A stretch of 63,926 nt of DNA, filler included, from Octopus bimaculoides (GCF_001194135.2; 4 parts of 4 records of this genome joined end to end with filler, not necessarily neighbours in it), one strand, 5' to 3'; counted from the first letter of the whole stretch, positions 35,041 through 48,527 are shown. Numbers and translations: made by a program. Notes: generated from the letters alone by a model not told the origin.

Positions 35041-37019
35041 GAGTGCCCATCTATAATCACCCATTTCTTTCATTTAATGTATACATACATGAAATCTATA
35101 TATACATGTTGAGATGCATGATACTGAAATATATATATGCAATTAGATATAGTCGTATGAGTGTACATAGATTAATATGTATGTATTTGTAGATGTCTGT
35201 GCATTTTAGCGTCTGTATGTGTGTATGTGTATGCATGAGTGTGTGTATGTGTGTGCGAGTATACACGTATGTATGAGTGTGTATATGCATGTACGTATGT
35301 GTATNNNNNNNNNNNNNNNNNNNNNNNNNNNNNNNNNNNNNNNNNNNNNNNNNNNNNNNNNNNNNNNNNNNNNNNNNNNNNNNNNNNNNNNNNNNNNNNN
35401 NNNNNNNNNNNNNNNNNNNNNNNNNNNNNNNNNNNNNNNNNNNNNNNNNNNNNNNNNNNNNNNNNNNNNNNNNNNNNNNNNNNNNNNNNNNNNNNNNNNN
35501 NNNNNNNNNNNNNNNNNNNNNNNNNNNNNNNNNNNNNNNNNNNNNNNNNNNNNNNNNNNNNNNNNNNNNNNNNNNNNNNNNNNNNNNNNNNNNNNNNNNN
35601 NNNNNNNNNNNNNNNNNNNNNNNNNNNNNNNNNNNNNNNNNNNNNNNNNNNNNNNNNNNNNNNNNNNNNNNNNNNNNNNNNNNNNNNNNNNNNNNNNNNN
35701 NNNNNNNNNNNNNNNNNNNNNNNNNNNNNNNNNNNNNNNNNNNNNNNNNNNNNNNNNNNNNNNNNNNNNNNNNNNNNNNNNNNNNNNNNNNNNNNNNNNN
35801 NNNNNNNNNNNNNNNNNNNNNNNNNNNNNNNNNNNNNNNNNNNNNNNNNNNNNNNNNNNNNNNNNNNNNNNNNNNNNNNNNNNNNNNNNNNNNNNNNNNN
35901 NNNNNNNNNNNNNNNNNNNNNNNNNNNNNNNNNNNNNNNNNNCCAACAATAACAAATGAATGTATATAAAATACTTTTATATTTAATTTCTTTGATTATA
36001 CAATATCGTTAATTGTTTTATTATGACTTAAGTTATATAAAGTTTAATCTTTCATTCATAATAATATTTTCATTCATATTTTTTATTTCTATTGCTATTC
36101 TTTACGCAATATTTTCACTAGACTTCTTTTAAATAAACGTTTTTAGTCTAAAATATTCTAGCTTAAACTATTGCATCGTTTAGATATGTGCTAATTCTAT
36201 CTTTATTATTTTAACCTTAAACTTCGTTGAAATTGTATTTTAAACGAAAAATTCGTTAAGTTGGTTTTTGCATATAATATACCTCAGCTTATATTATAAT
36301 GGACGTAGGGTTGATTATGGAATATTTATTATTTTGATATTTTTAATAATGTTTTTCTATCTTTATATTATAAGTATTTATATACATTCATTTATATACA
36401 TTCATTTATATACATTCATTTGTTATTTATTGTTGGTTGATATATACATTCTTTTATTATTATTATTGTTGTATTTTGACCTGAAGATTAGCTATATTTT
36501 TGAATAGAATTGATTTTCGATAGTCTTTATCGATCTTAATCGATTTAAATTTTCTTTCTATTTGAAAATTGGCTATGAAACACTTGTAGTCGTTTTATTA
36601 TCTTTATCTTATGATATTTACTTTGTATTATATTATGCTTATTTATTGTGCTTTTACTTATTAATTTTTCTATATATGACAGGAGATTTTCATCGATGAG
36701 TTCATGAACCTTGGTTCTTTTCCCTAAAACTATNNNNNNNNNNAGTATACACGTATGTATGAGTGTGTATATGCATGTACGTATGTGTATGTGTGTATAT
36801 ATATCTGTATATATTATATATATGTGTGTATGCACATATATATCTATGTAAATACAAAAAGAAAAAGAGAAAGAAATGTATTTGAGTTTAAGCGTTGTCT
36901 GTTAAAATAGAGACATATATATGGGTAGATGGATAAACGCATATGTATATTTGCATGTAATTATATAAGATATTGTATCTATTCACCGTTAGACAGTGGT
37001 GAAAGGAACATATTTAAAC

Positions 37020-37113
<94 letters not shown>

Positions 37114-37347
37114 NNNNNNNNNNNNNNNNNNNNNNNNNNNNNNNNNNNNNNNNNNNNTTAATTAATTAANNNNNNNNNNNNNNNNNNNNNNNNNNNNNNN
37201 NNNNNNNNNNNNNAGCCAGTGTGTAAAAAAATTCATAAGGGAAATTTCTATTCCCAAGAATATAATTATTCGTTTATATTTATATAAAGGGCATTATTAC
37301 AGAAAAATATATTATATATATTTATATATATGTACATATACACACAC

Positions 37348-39920
37348 ATCATCATCATCATCATCGTTTAACGTCCGCTTTCCATGCTGGCATGGGTTGG
37401 ATGGTTTGACTGGGGACTGGCAAGCCAGATGGCTGCACCAGCTTCCAATCTGATCTGGCAGAGTTTCTACAGCTGAATGCCCTTCCTAATGCCAACTACT
37501 CCGAGAGTGTAGTGGATGCTTTTACATGCCACTGGCATAGGCCACGGGTTATGGTCTCTCTTGGCTTACTGGGTCTTCTTAAGCACAGAATATTTCCAAA
37601 GGTCTCGGTCACTAGTCATTGCCTCGGTGAGGCCTAATTTTCGAAGGTCATGCTGCACCACTTCATCCCAGGTCTTCCTAGGTCGACCTCTGCCACAGGT
37701 TCCCTCAACTGCTAGGGTGTGACACTTTTGCACACACCTATCCTCATCCATTCTCACCACATGACCATACCAGTACAGTTGTCTCTATTGCACACCACAA
37801 CTGATGCTTCTTAGGTTCAACTTTTCTCTCAAGGCACTTACATTCTGTCGAGTATGCACACTGACATTACACATCCAGCGGAGAATACTGGCTTCGTTAC
37901 TTGCAAACTTACGCATGTCCTCAGCAGTCACGGCCCATGTTTCACTGCCATGTAGCATGGCTGTTTGCACACATGCGTCATACAATCTGCCTTTTACTCT
38001 GAGCAAGGGGCCTTTTGTCACCAGCAGAGGTAGAAGCTCTCTCAACTTTGCCCAGGCTATTCTTATTCTAGCAGCTACACTTTCAAAGCACCCACTTGGT
38101 CACCTAGGTAACGGAAGCTATCAACTACTTCTAGTTCTTCTCCCTGGAATGTGGCAGAAGTTATTCTCTGCACATTTTGAGTGTTTATTGCTCCTGAGCA
38201 TCTGCCACATACAAAAACTATCTTCCCAGTTAGCCTTCCTTTGATATTGCTGCACTTCTTATGTGTTCATAGCTTACACTGGGTACACTAGCTAGGTTGA
38301 CTCTAGGCCCTTCAATTCTAATCCTTGCTTCCACACCTGAAACTTCTCCTCTAGTTCTGTTAGTGACTCAGCAATTAGGGCAAGATCATCAGCATAGAGG
38401 AGCTCCCAGGGGCATCCTGTCTTGAATTCCTCTGTTATTGCCTGGAGGACTATGATAGGACTTGGTGGACTCCTACCTCTACCTGGAAAACTTCAGTGTA
38501 CTCGTTGCCAACCCTCACCTTACTGACAGCGTCCCTGTACATGGCTCACACAGCTCTCACTAGTCATTCTCCTATCCCTAGTTTCCTCATTGACCACCAG
38601 ATAAGGGATCGGGGCCCCTTTCAAAGGCTTTCTTCATGTCAACGAAAGCCAGGTACAGAGGTTTATCTTTGGCTAGGTATTTCTCCTGCAGCTATCTTTC
38701 CAGAAATATAGCATCAGTGGTGCTTTTCCCTGGCACGAACCCAAACTGCATCTCATCTAAACTGACTCTCTCCCTAATTAGTTGGGCTATGACCCTCTCC
38801 GTGACCTTCATTACCTGATCCAACAACTTGATACCCCTGTAATTATTTGTATCTAAAGCGTCACCTTTACCTTTGTAACAGTTGACTATGGGTATGACTC
38901 CTTCATGTATCACCTGGTTAACTATATGGGTGACTAGGCTATAGCCGACAACACCAGATATTTTGAGCATCTCTGCGGTGATTCCTGATGAGCCGGGGGC
39001 TTTCCCTGTCTTCATACTCTTAATTGCTTTATCTACCAAGGTACTGTCAATTCGGATAGCTGGTCCCTCTGTTGGGTTGACATTCAGCAAACTCTCTTTC
39101 CCTCATTCATTCTCTTTATTGAGCAACATTTCATAGTGGCGTCTCCAAACCTCTCTCTTTGCAGCCTCATCTAGTGCAAGTGAACCACCATCCATGTAAA
39201 CACATTTCTCTCCTATGACATCACGATTCTCTCTCACACACTGTCTTGCAACATGATATACTTCAAGTCTTTGGTCCTCACAGCACAGAACACTGGCAAA
39301 TTTTTCTTATCTGCTTCCCCTCTGGCTAAATAAACCTGTCTCCTAGCTTCCCTTCTGGCAGTCTGATACAATTCCCTGCTACCACCATTCTTCCAGTCCT
39401 TCCAAGCCTGCAACATGAAATACTTCAAGCCTGCAACACGAAATACTTGCAACACGAAATACTTGCAACACGAAATACTTGCAACACGAAATACTTCAAG
39501 TCTTTGGTTCTCATGGCACAGAACATTGACAAATTTTTTCTTATCTCCTCCCCATCTGGCTAAATAAACCTGTCTCCTAGCTTCCCTTCTGGCAGTCTGA
39601 TATAATTCCCTGCTACTACCGTTCTTCCAGTCCTTCCAAGCCTGTTTCTTTTCTCTAATAGCCTTGTCAACAACATTGTTCCACCACCATGTTACCTTGG
39701 GTTGAGAGGACACTTTGCACCATCCACAGATCTGGTCAGTGGCTCTCAGCAGGTTGTCCCATAGAAACCTCCAGTTGTCTTCCACATGTGATGCTGTATC
39801 CCCTTCTATTTCGTCAAAGGCTTCTAGTAATACGTCTCTAAATCTNNNNNNNNNNNNNNNNNNNNNNNNNNNNNNNNNCCTCCTCCATGCTGGTCGTCTT
39901 CTGGGCATCCATTTAACCTC
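37348..39920 (-). mobile_element. RTE-clade LINE, 3' 2.6 kb including RT, 3'UTR and (ATG)n tail
   Basis: KAIKSMKTGKAPG, YKGKGDALDTNNYRGIKLLDQ, QFGFVPGKSTTDAIF, WELLYADD, HGSETW, WYGHVVRM, GRGRPRKTW. Tail (cat)n from 37348. Confidence 0.92.
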
Positions 39921-41414
39921 TCCAGAGAGAGAAAGTGATACATACAACGTCATAGATTAAACTTTCTTCTCAGTATTCTTTACCTATTTTTCATAACATT
40001 GATACGTAAAAACACACAACCACACATACGTAATCTGTGACAACAACATACACATTGCTCCCGTTCTCTATCTCCCCCTCTTCCTCTCTCGCTCTCGCAA
40101 ACGCATACACATGCAAGTAAACACAATCATTCAGGTTCGTCAATGTGGCATAACTACAGAGTTGTACCCACCGACTTTGGAAGGTCATAACTTTCAGAAA
40201 AATGAATATTTTTTTATGAAATTTTCTATGCATATATTATTTATTATGTAGATTTTCCATGAGATCGAGAGAAAATCCTTGAGACCCCAAGCCCCTACAT
40301 CAACAGGATGAAGCATTGCAAGTTATGCATTGCTGGACATGCGAGAATCCTAAAAGACTCCTCACTGGAACCAGGGAACATCCTTAACTCCAGAAGAGAG
40401 ATTTTCAGGCCATGTTTACATTTCAGGAGGTTCCTGCTAGCTTTCTAGAGCCCGCAAAATGGCAGCACAGCTGGAAGTCAATAGCCATTAGCAAACAGAG
40501 ATAATCCCTAATTGTAACCTGTGAGTAGTGAGGCATTTCCCCCTCCATATTTTTAAGAAGTCATGGGCCAACAGGTTTTGGGGATCTGATGATATGCCAT
40601 AAAGTTAAAGCCTTTATGGATGGGAAATTTAAGGTAATCCCATAAGCCGGCCGGCCCCATTTTTAGTATATACTACTCTACATCTTAGAGTGTGCTTCTT
40701 CTTTCAGATTTATGTTTTTACAAACAGTATATATTGTATGTATATGTATATATATATATGTATATTTATATACATGTATATATACATACATATACATATA
40801 TATTTACACATATATGTATACATACACACACACACACATATGAGTAAGAAAATTAAATAATTAAAAAGAAATGCAAAAATACATTACATTAAGTGTTTAG
40901 GATATATCCTCCATAATGTATTTTAATTATTTAATTTTCTCACTCATGTCTGGTATTTTGCCGCAGCTCAATTTACCAGTCTTTTCTCATCAACGTTGTG
41001 CATGACGTTGGAATTCAGAATCTGAATGTGTAGATAGAGGTTGACACATTATTCTTGCTGGTTGGGATACATGTAAGCCCCAAGGTATGATTTTGTATCA
41101 ATTTGTATCTATAGAAATATTCTCCTGATGACAGGAATGGAACTGTTGTATTGTTTATATCCATTATTTTACAATACGGTATATAATATGGTATAATAGG
41201 TTCCTAACTTTGAAATTGCAATAGAGATTAACTTTTTATTTTTAAATTGTAGATTTTATGTGATGCTGCTCACAGACAGCTTTATTCTGAGGAGATAAAA
41301 TATGTGTGATAATAGTGGCTTTATAGTGGTTTTTAACTGCTATATCTAAACATGTGAGGGTTTTTGCATTCCTCTCCATTATAACTATGAGTCATTCATA
41401 ATTATAGACACTCT

Positions 41415-41461
<47 letters not shown>

Positions 41462-41489
41462 TATATGACAATAAACTGCATTCAGTGGC

Positions 41490-41572
41490 AAAGCTCCAGC
41501 TCAGGAGTCCAGGAGCTAAGGACTCCAGAAACTCAGGACTCCAGGAGCTCAGGACTCCAGCTCAGGAGTCCA
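41490..41572. repeat. Degenerate GC-rich minisatellite (ctcaggactccaggag-like units)
   Basis: About five imperfect units just upstream of the RTE 5' region. Confidence 0.7.
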
Positions 41573-41699
41573 TGGGGAATGTAGAGTTACTCCTTAGTTA
41601 TCATCACTCCCAGGTCCGCTCTGGCCTGGAGTATTTGTTAGTACTTGTTAGGGCCCCATTTATGGGCTAAATAATTACCTTACTCGAGTGGCACCAGTA

Positions 41700-43125
41700 A
41701 GATATCAGCCATTGAAAAGAACCATGGAGAGTGTACTTAATAGCACTAAGGTTAGAGCCCCTAACTACACTGTCAAGGAGCAGCCTGGTCGTTATGACTC
41801 TGCTGGTTTAGAGCCACAGGGTGGGCCAGTGGATGATGGACCAGCTATCTCTGAGACAAATATAAAGAACACATTTTTCTCCTGCAGAAGAACCACAAAA
41901 ATTGGCACTCTGAATGTGAGGATTGTTTGGACGCTGGAGAAGAGAGAAGAGTTGGGTTATCTGTTTGAGGAGAGTGGTATACAGATACTTGTAATCCACG
42001 AACACAGGATCCTACACGGTGAGCCTGTAAAGAGAGTGATGATTGGAAAGAAGAACCAGCTCATCACCACATCAGCAGTGAAGAACATGGCTGGTGCTGC
42101 AGTAGGAGTACTGTGTACTGTGCAAGAGCCAATCTGTTGGTGAGGGAACTCATACCTGTCTCTCCATGAGTGTTGAGGGTGACCTTCAATGGAAACCCAA
42201 GGCTGACACACATTTCAGCCTATAGTCCAACCGAAGGGACAGTGATGTGAGTGTGGAAGAGTTCCATGAGCAAGTGTGTAGTACCGTCAACACCACACCA
42301 GCTCATCACATCTTGCTTGTTCTAGGTGACCTCAAAGCACATCTGAATAAGGAAAGCAGTGAAGATCCTTGCTGGTACTTCCATAACCCTAACCAAAATG
42401 GCAGACTACTGAGGGACACCCTGCTGGGGGGTGAACATGATGGCAACCAGCCCAAGGTTTAGGAAGAATCTGGGGAAAATGTGGACCTACATTTCTGATA
42501 TGAACCTGTCCAAGTCCCAGATTGATTTCACTCTGGTGAGGAAGAAGTGGTGGAATAGTGTTCTGAACACAGAACCATACAACTATTTCAGTACACTGAG
42601 CAGTGACCACTGGCTTGTAATGAATAAGGTCCAGGTGAACTTAAGAAAGGGTAAGGCTCAGCCCCAGAGAGCTATCTATGACTAGGGAGCTTTCAAGGAA
42701 GACGATAAACTACAGGAGAGTTACACAGTAGAAGTGAGGAACAGATTCAGTGCTCTGTATGGAGAGGCAGAAGAGAGAGAGATTAGAGGGACTGAGGAGA
42801 GTGTGACAAGGAGGTATGGGTACTTCACCAAAGCAGTGGCAGAAGCAAGTGAGGTCCTGCTACTGAGGAGAGAGAAGAGGAGGAATGTCAGCTCTACAGA
42901 CCCAAAAGTGTGTGCAGTTAGAGAACATCTGAAAGCTGCCAATGACCAATTCCTTGCTGATCCTACAGAGGAGAGGAAGGAGAATGTGGGGGTGATGAAG
43001 GAAGAACTCTGTACTGCTTACAATGAGACTAGAGAGGAGGCACTAATGGAAAAGATCAGAAGTATGGAGAGAGTGGCTGATGGGTCTAAGTCTAAAGAGA
43101 GTTGGGCGATTATCATAGGAAATAT
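41700..43125 (+). mobile_element. RTE-type LINE 5' part: endonuclease and linker, no RT
   Basis: KIGTLNVR ... IQILVIHEHRI, SAYSPTE, LVLGDLKAHL, QIDFTLVRKKWWNSV, SSDHWLV, RNRFSALY. A different family from the 37-40 kb RTE. Confidence 0.8.
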
Positions 43126-43277
43126 GAACTGGTGTTTGGTTAAGAAGGTTGCCTTCCAACAATCTAGCTTTTGGCTCAGTCCCATAACGAGGTACCTTGG
43201 GCATGTGTTGTCTACTATAGCACTGGGCCAACCAAGCCTTGTGAGTGAATTTGCTTGCTGGAAACTGAAACAAGCCA

Positions 43278-43319
<42 letters not shown>

Positions 43320-44539
43320 TGAAGAGTAGCCTGCAGCTTACACCTTGCTTGGATATTTACAACTTTCAAGGTTCTCCTCACTATTCACATACCTGTCAAC
43401 TCTGGCTGTCTACCATGAAATATAAAATAATTTTTTTCCGTTTATTGTACTTCGATATGGAAGAACAATCCACAACCTTCCACCCCAATAACCTACTATT
43501 GTTCCTGAAAGTTGTTTCTTTATATTTCTTCAGATTGCTTGAAGCTCATGTTCTTCCTTNNNNNNNNNNNNNNNNNNNNNNNNNNNNNNNNNNNNNNNNN
43601 NNNNNNNNNNNNNNNNNNNNNNNNNNNNNNNNNNNNNNNNNNNNNNNNNNNNNNNNNNNNNNNNNNNNNNNNNNNNNNNNNNNNNNNNNNNNNNNNNNNN
43701 NNNNNNNNNNNNNNNNNNNNNNNNNNNNNNNNNNNNNNNNNNNNNNNNNNNNNNNNNNNNNNNNNNNNNNNNNNNNNNNNNNNNNNNNNNNNNNNNNNNN
43801 NNNNNNNNNNNNNNNNNNNNNNNNNNNNNNNNNNNNNNNNNNNNNNNNNNNNNNNNNNNNNNNNNNNNNNNNNNNNNNNNNNNNNNNNNNNNNNNNNNNN
43901 NNNNNNNNNNNNNNNNNNNNNNNNNNNNNNNNTATATATATATATATATATTTGAAAAAATGAGTAAAGATGGCTTTTGGGGCAATAATTTTTATTTCAA
44001 TGATAACGTTTACAGTTACTCTAATGAGTTTCAAGCTTTTTGATAGCCATTTTCAAACTGAAATTCTGTGGTTTACCAACTATGGTAAAAAGCAGATAAA
44101 ACCTAAACACCAACCTACTACCACAACCATTAGACCTCAAAACACCACCAAAAGAAAGGAAATTTTCCCACAAAACAGACAAAGATACTGCAGTCCTCTA
44201 AGAAACACAAATTTACAATCATAAGCAAATGTAACAAGAAATAAGAGAACTTGCAATCCCAACCAAGGAACGAATAGAACTCTCCCAACACTAAATGATA
44301 GACCCAAATAAACCAGATGGAACAACATTAGAATAAGGAATCAACTCCCAATCCAACAACTAAAAACATACTTACCCATGAATAACTAACCTCAAACATT
44401 CACATACAGAAAAATGTGAAATTCCCACAAAAACACTCCCAACACCAACGGAAACCAATTTTTAATATAGGAGATATTCCACTAAAAAAGAGAAAAAAAT
44501 AACACAAGTCTTCCCGAGACGTTAGAAAACCAACACATA

Positions 44540-44800
44540 AGCAAACCGAAAATAATAAATTTATCCACTAAGAAATTGCCTAAAGAAGAAATTAAACTCC
44601 TGGAAAATAGACTGAAATTTAAACCCACTTCAAAACCCAAATAAGCTGAACTTATAAAAGATACAAAAGAAATTTGCTGAAAATTACGTTTGAGAGAATT
44701 CTTTCTAAATACTGAACACACAGATGAATCATTGGTCAAAAAGAGAACAGGATTCAGACTCTCCTCAAATAGAGACAAAAATTTAGAAGAATATATACTA
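44540..44800 (+). mobile_element. Penelope-like element ORF N-terminal fragment
   Basis: IINLSTKKLPKEEIKLLENRLKFKPTSKP*AELIKDTKEIC*KLRLREFF...NLEEYI fits the PLE pre-RT pattern INLS...LL-KGLKF-PT...F-RKLRL-EYF. Cut by (TA)n. Confidence 0.75.
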
Positions 44801-45061
44801 TATATATATATATATATACATATATACATATATATATATTATTTATTATATATATACCTACACATACATACAAACATACATACATCCATCAATCCATACA
44901 TACATACATACATACATACATACATACATGCATGCATACAAGCATACATACATACATAAACATGCACATACAAAGGCAATTATTTAACATCATCCCTGCA
45001 AATAATATTCTACCTAAGATAACCCAGTGATAGATAAGGACTCAAGCACGTTAAAATAAAG

Positions 45062-45101
45062 TATATATTTAAACCTGTATATGCACAGGTTTAAATATAT
45101 A
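45062..45101. repeat. Perfect 17-bp inverted repeat with 6-nt loop
   Basis: 45062-45078 pairs with 45085-45101. Confidence 0.9.
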
Positions 45102-45644
45102 AACCTGTATGTATTTATTACCTGTATATGTTAGTGAGAAAAAAAAGAAGGGAGAAAGCGAGAGTAATCGAGAGCCAGAGTAAGAGAGAGAGAGAGATAG
45201 AGTTCTTTACTATTCCTTGTGACTGTTTTTGTTTTTATTACTGCATTTCTTATACTTTTACTTTAGGACATTTATTTTTATACTTTGGGGAATATTCCAG
45301 ACTCATGATGACAGGCTAACCTCTTGCAATCAACAAAATCAAAATGGCACTTAGTTGAACTGACCATATGGATTGTAACCACACCTCATAGTCACCTGAA
45401 TGTTTCCTGGAATTTTAAGGACGCACAAATTACAGATAAATGTCATGTATAGGTCAAATTTTCAGTGTCTGAGTCATCCCATTTTAACAATTACTAAACA
45501 AATTACAACTAAACAGTATTTTTAACTGATTCAACCAGTTCTTATGAAAGCTTAACAATACTGCCTCTTTCCACGCTTTATATAATATTGACATAATAAC
45601 TATTCTGCTAAATACTAATAAATAGGTCAGCTAACAGTTCGATT

Positions 45645-45925
45645 TAATAGTAACACTATGTCACATACTGCTCTACTTAATATTAACATTCTGTTAATAT
45701 TCTTAATATTAACATTCTGTCACATTCTGTTCTGTTTAATACTATATCACATAATGTTTTATTAAATAGTAAGTCATACACATTTCTGTATAATACTATT
45801 TAATACTAATGCTATGTCACATACTGTACTACTTAATACTATGTCATATGCTGCTCTATTTAATACTAACACTATGCCACATACTGTTCTATTTTATAAC
45901 AGCACTATGTTACATCTGTTCAATT
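45645..45925. repeat. Degenerate minisatellite, about 33-bp unit
   Basis: Recurring taatactaacactatgtcacatactgctctact-like units. Confidence 0.75.
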
Positions 45926-46480
45926 TATATTACTCAGTTCAGTTTTAGAAAAGATTAAGACCATCAAGCAAAAGCATTTCAAAGAAAATAAATGCTAAGA
46001 TTTGGTGCTCCTTCACCTTCTGCTCTGTATCAATGTGAAAAAATGCACAAAAGTCAGAAAATGTGTTGAACAAAAGCAATCTAGACATAAAAATGAAAGC
46101 AAGAGGATAGAAAGTGCTAAACAATTGTTAGGAGAATATAAAATAGTGAGAAAGTAAACACAGAGACCCATAATTAATATTTTATAGCCCTCCAATTCAT
46201 TTACATTTATCATATAGTGATGTGGTGTGCACATTCTTATCCTTATTCTTAAGATATTAGAGTTGTTGTCAGGAGCATAGCACAACATAAGATGTATAAA
46301 TACAGACTTTTGGCCCTTCCCAGGAAAACTGTCATTTTAGTGACTGCACAGGTAGTAATTTCCTTAAAGTATTTCCTTAACTATAGCAATCTTTCAATGC
46401 GACATTTGGGAGTTCAACTACAAGGATATGAGTGCTCAATAAATCAGTTTCTTATTAAAATGACAACTCTGCAAACTATA

Positions 46481-47669
46481 TTAAACTAGCAGAAATACCC
46501 GGCTTTGCCCGGGTTAAAGAGAATAATGAAATCTAAAAACGCCGTCTAGACTACGCAACCCTCAACTGTTAGTAGTTACGATACCATATTTCTACATTAA
46601 TAACTCTCCAATCCATGCCAGCATGGAACATAGACATTAAGTGGAATGCCAGTCTCTCATCTAGGAGGGCCTTGAAATCAATGTTACCAACTGGGGACTA
46701 TGTGTGTCGTAGTGATAATAAAAAGACCCAAAGGATGTCTGCAACGAAATAATTTTACTCAACACTTTGCAAGTGAATCAGTGGAGGCAAAGATGCGTCT
46801 CATTTACTTGACAATTTATGCACCNNNNNNNNNNNNNNNNNNNNNNNNNNNNNNNNNNNNNNNNNNNNNNNNNNNNNNNNNNNNNNNNNNNNNNNNNNNN
46901 NNNNNNNNNNNNNNNNNNNNNNNNNNNNNNNNNNNNNNNNNNNNNNNNNNNNNNNNNNNNNNNNNNNNNNNNNNNNNNNNNNNNNNNNNNNNNNNNNNNN
47001 NNNNNNNNNNNNNNNNNNNNNNNNNNNNNNNNNNNNNNNNNNNNNNNNNNNNNNNNNNNNNNNNNNNNNNNNNNNNNNNNNNNNNNNNNNNNNNNNNNNN
47101 NNNNNNNNNNNNNNNNNNNNNNNNNNNNNNNNNNNNNNNNNNNNNNNNNNNNNNNNNNNNNNNNNNNNNNNNNNNNNNNNNNNNNNNNNNNNNNNNNNNN
47201 NNNNNNNNNNNNNNNNNNNNNNNNNNNNNNNNNNNNNNNNNNNNNNNNNNNNNNNNNNNNNNNNNNNNNNNNNNNNNNNNNNNNNNNNNNNNNNNNNNNN
47301 NNNNNNNNNNNNNNNNNNNNNNNNNNNNNNNNNNNNNNNNNNNNNNNNNNNNNNNNNNNNNNNNNNNNNNNNNNNNNNNNNNNNNNNNNNNNNNNNNNNN
47401 NNNNNNNNNNNNNNNNNNNACAGTATCGAAATGTGATTGTTTCAGTTAGTAGAATAGTTTCATTTTTAAAGTGAAAGTATTTGACATGAGTGTTTTTGTT
47501 TCACTTTTGACACGTAATACTTAAATAGTGGAGGAGATATTATGTTGCTGTGGGCTCGAACTCTGGAAGAAGTTAAAATTTTTTTTGACTAAAACACAAC
47601 TGGAACCCTAAGGCATCTGTAAAATTTGAATGAAATTGGTTGCGTAGTTCTTGAGTTTTAGGGATTCAC

Positions 47670-47704
<35 letters not shown>

Positions 47705-47731
47705 CACATTCTCATTTTTATATATATAGAT
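46481..47731 (+). mobile_element. Helentron-associated / DINE-1-like non-autonomous element (gapped)
   Basis: 5' ACTAGCAGAAATACCCGGCTTTGCCCGGG. 3' aaatttgaatgaaattggtt...(GACA)n...ttttatatatatagat. The ends are separated by an N-gap of about 600 nt, so a single element is assumed. Confidence 0.65.
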
Positions 47732-48527
47732 GACTTTTTTCTTAATTTTCTTGAATCAGTTAATGGCTGATTTTTAAGCGACCTGATTTTGAGAAGAGAA
47801 TGTAGCTAAGATCAGAAAAACTTAGGTATATTCTCAAGTATATCATTTTATGAAGGGTAGTGAATAGTGACTGATGGGGGACTTGATTCCATTTTGAAGG
47901 TGCATAGGATAGTTAATACAATACATTGTTCCAGGGGTTTCATAGAAACATACTGAAGCACTATGACACCAACAGAACTGACTTTATTCTTGACCTTTGA
48001 ACCAATTGAATCTGAAGAACCTACCATCTGTCATTTATAAACTAGGACTCCTTGTATCCAGAGGTGAAATGTGGTTGTAGTAAAGATAGTGAGTGGCAAA
48101 TAAAGCAAACATGATGAGAACTTGTTTGACCTTTATTTCAACAGGTAAAGAATTACGATTCAGAGTCATCGTGTTTAAAGTTTGTTGCTTATACATTCAG
48201 TGTTTGTGAGTCATGAGAAGACTCTCCATATTTTGTTAAGAACTCCAGAATATACTCTACTCAGAATCAACTGTAAATTATCCTAAACTCAGTTTTACTC
48301 AGAAATATTGGAAGGATAGCTGTCTTATGAAGATTCAATTATTCTTTTTCTATCTTTTGTCAAATTTACAAAAACCAAGTTCAAAGGTTTCATTTACTAA
48401 TAACATTTATCGTAATTAGCAAAAGCTAATGAGAGTTTCTCCCATGGTATCTACTGCAGTATAATTTGTTCTAACAGAACATCCACCCTTAAGTGGGAAC
48501 AAATATAACTTCTTGGTATTAAATATG

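Noticed and set aside
39410-39496. CRISPR-like repeat array
   Set aside because: Head-to-tail repeats without spacers, derived from RTE coding sequence.
42734-43318. 194-aa ORF as a host gene
   Set aside because: It continues the RTE EN-RT linker (RNRFSALY) and then reads into a SINE and (TA)n.
48145-48205. 61-nt AG/GT-bounded plus-strand exon
   Set aside because: CAG|GTAAAG reads equally as a donor, the peptide is uninformative, and such motifs are expected by chance in 64 kb.
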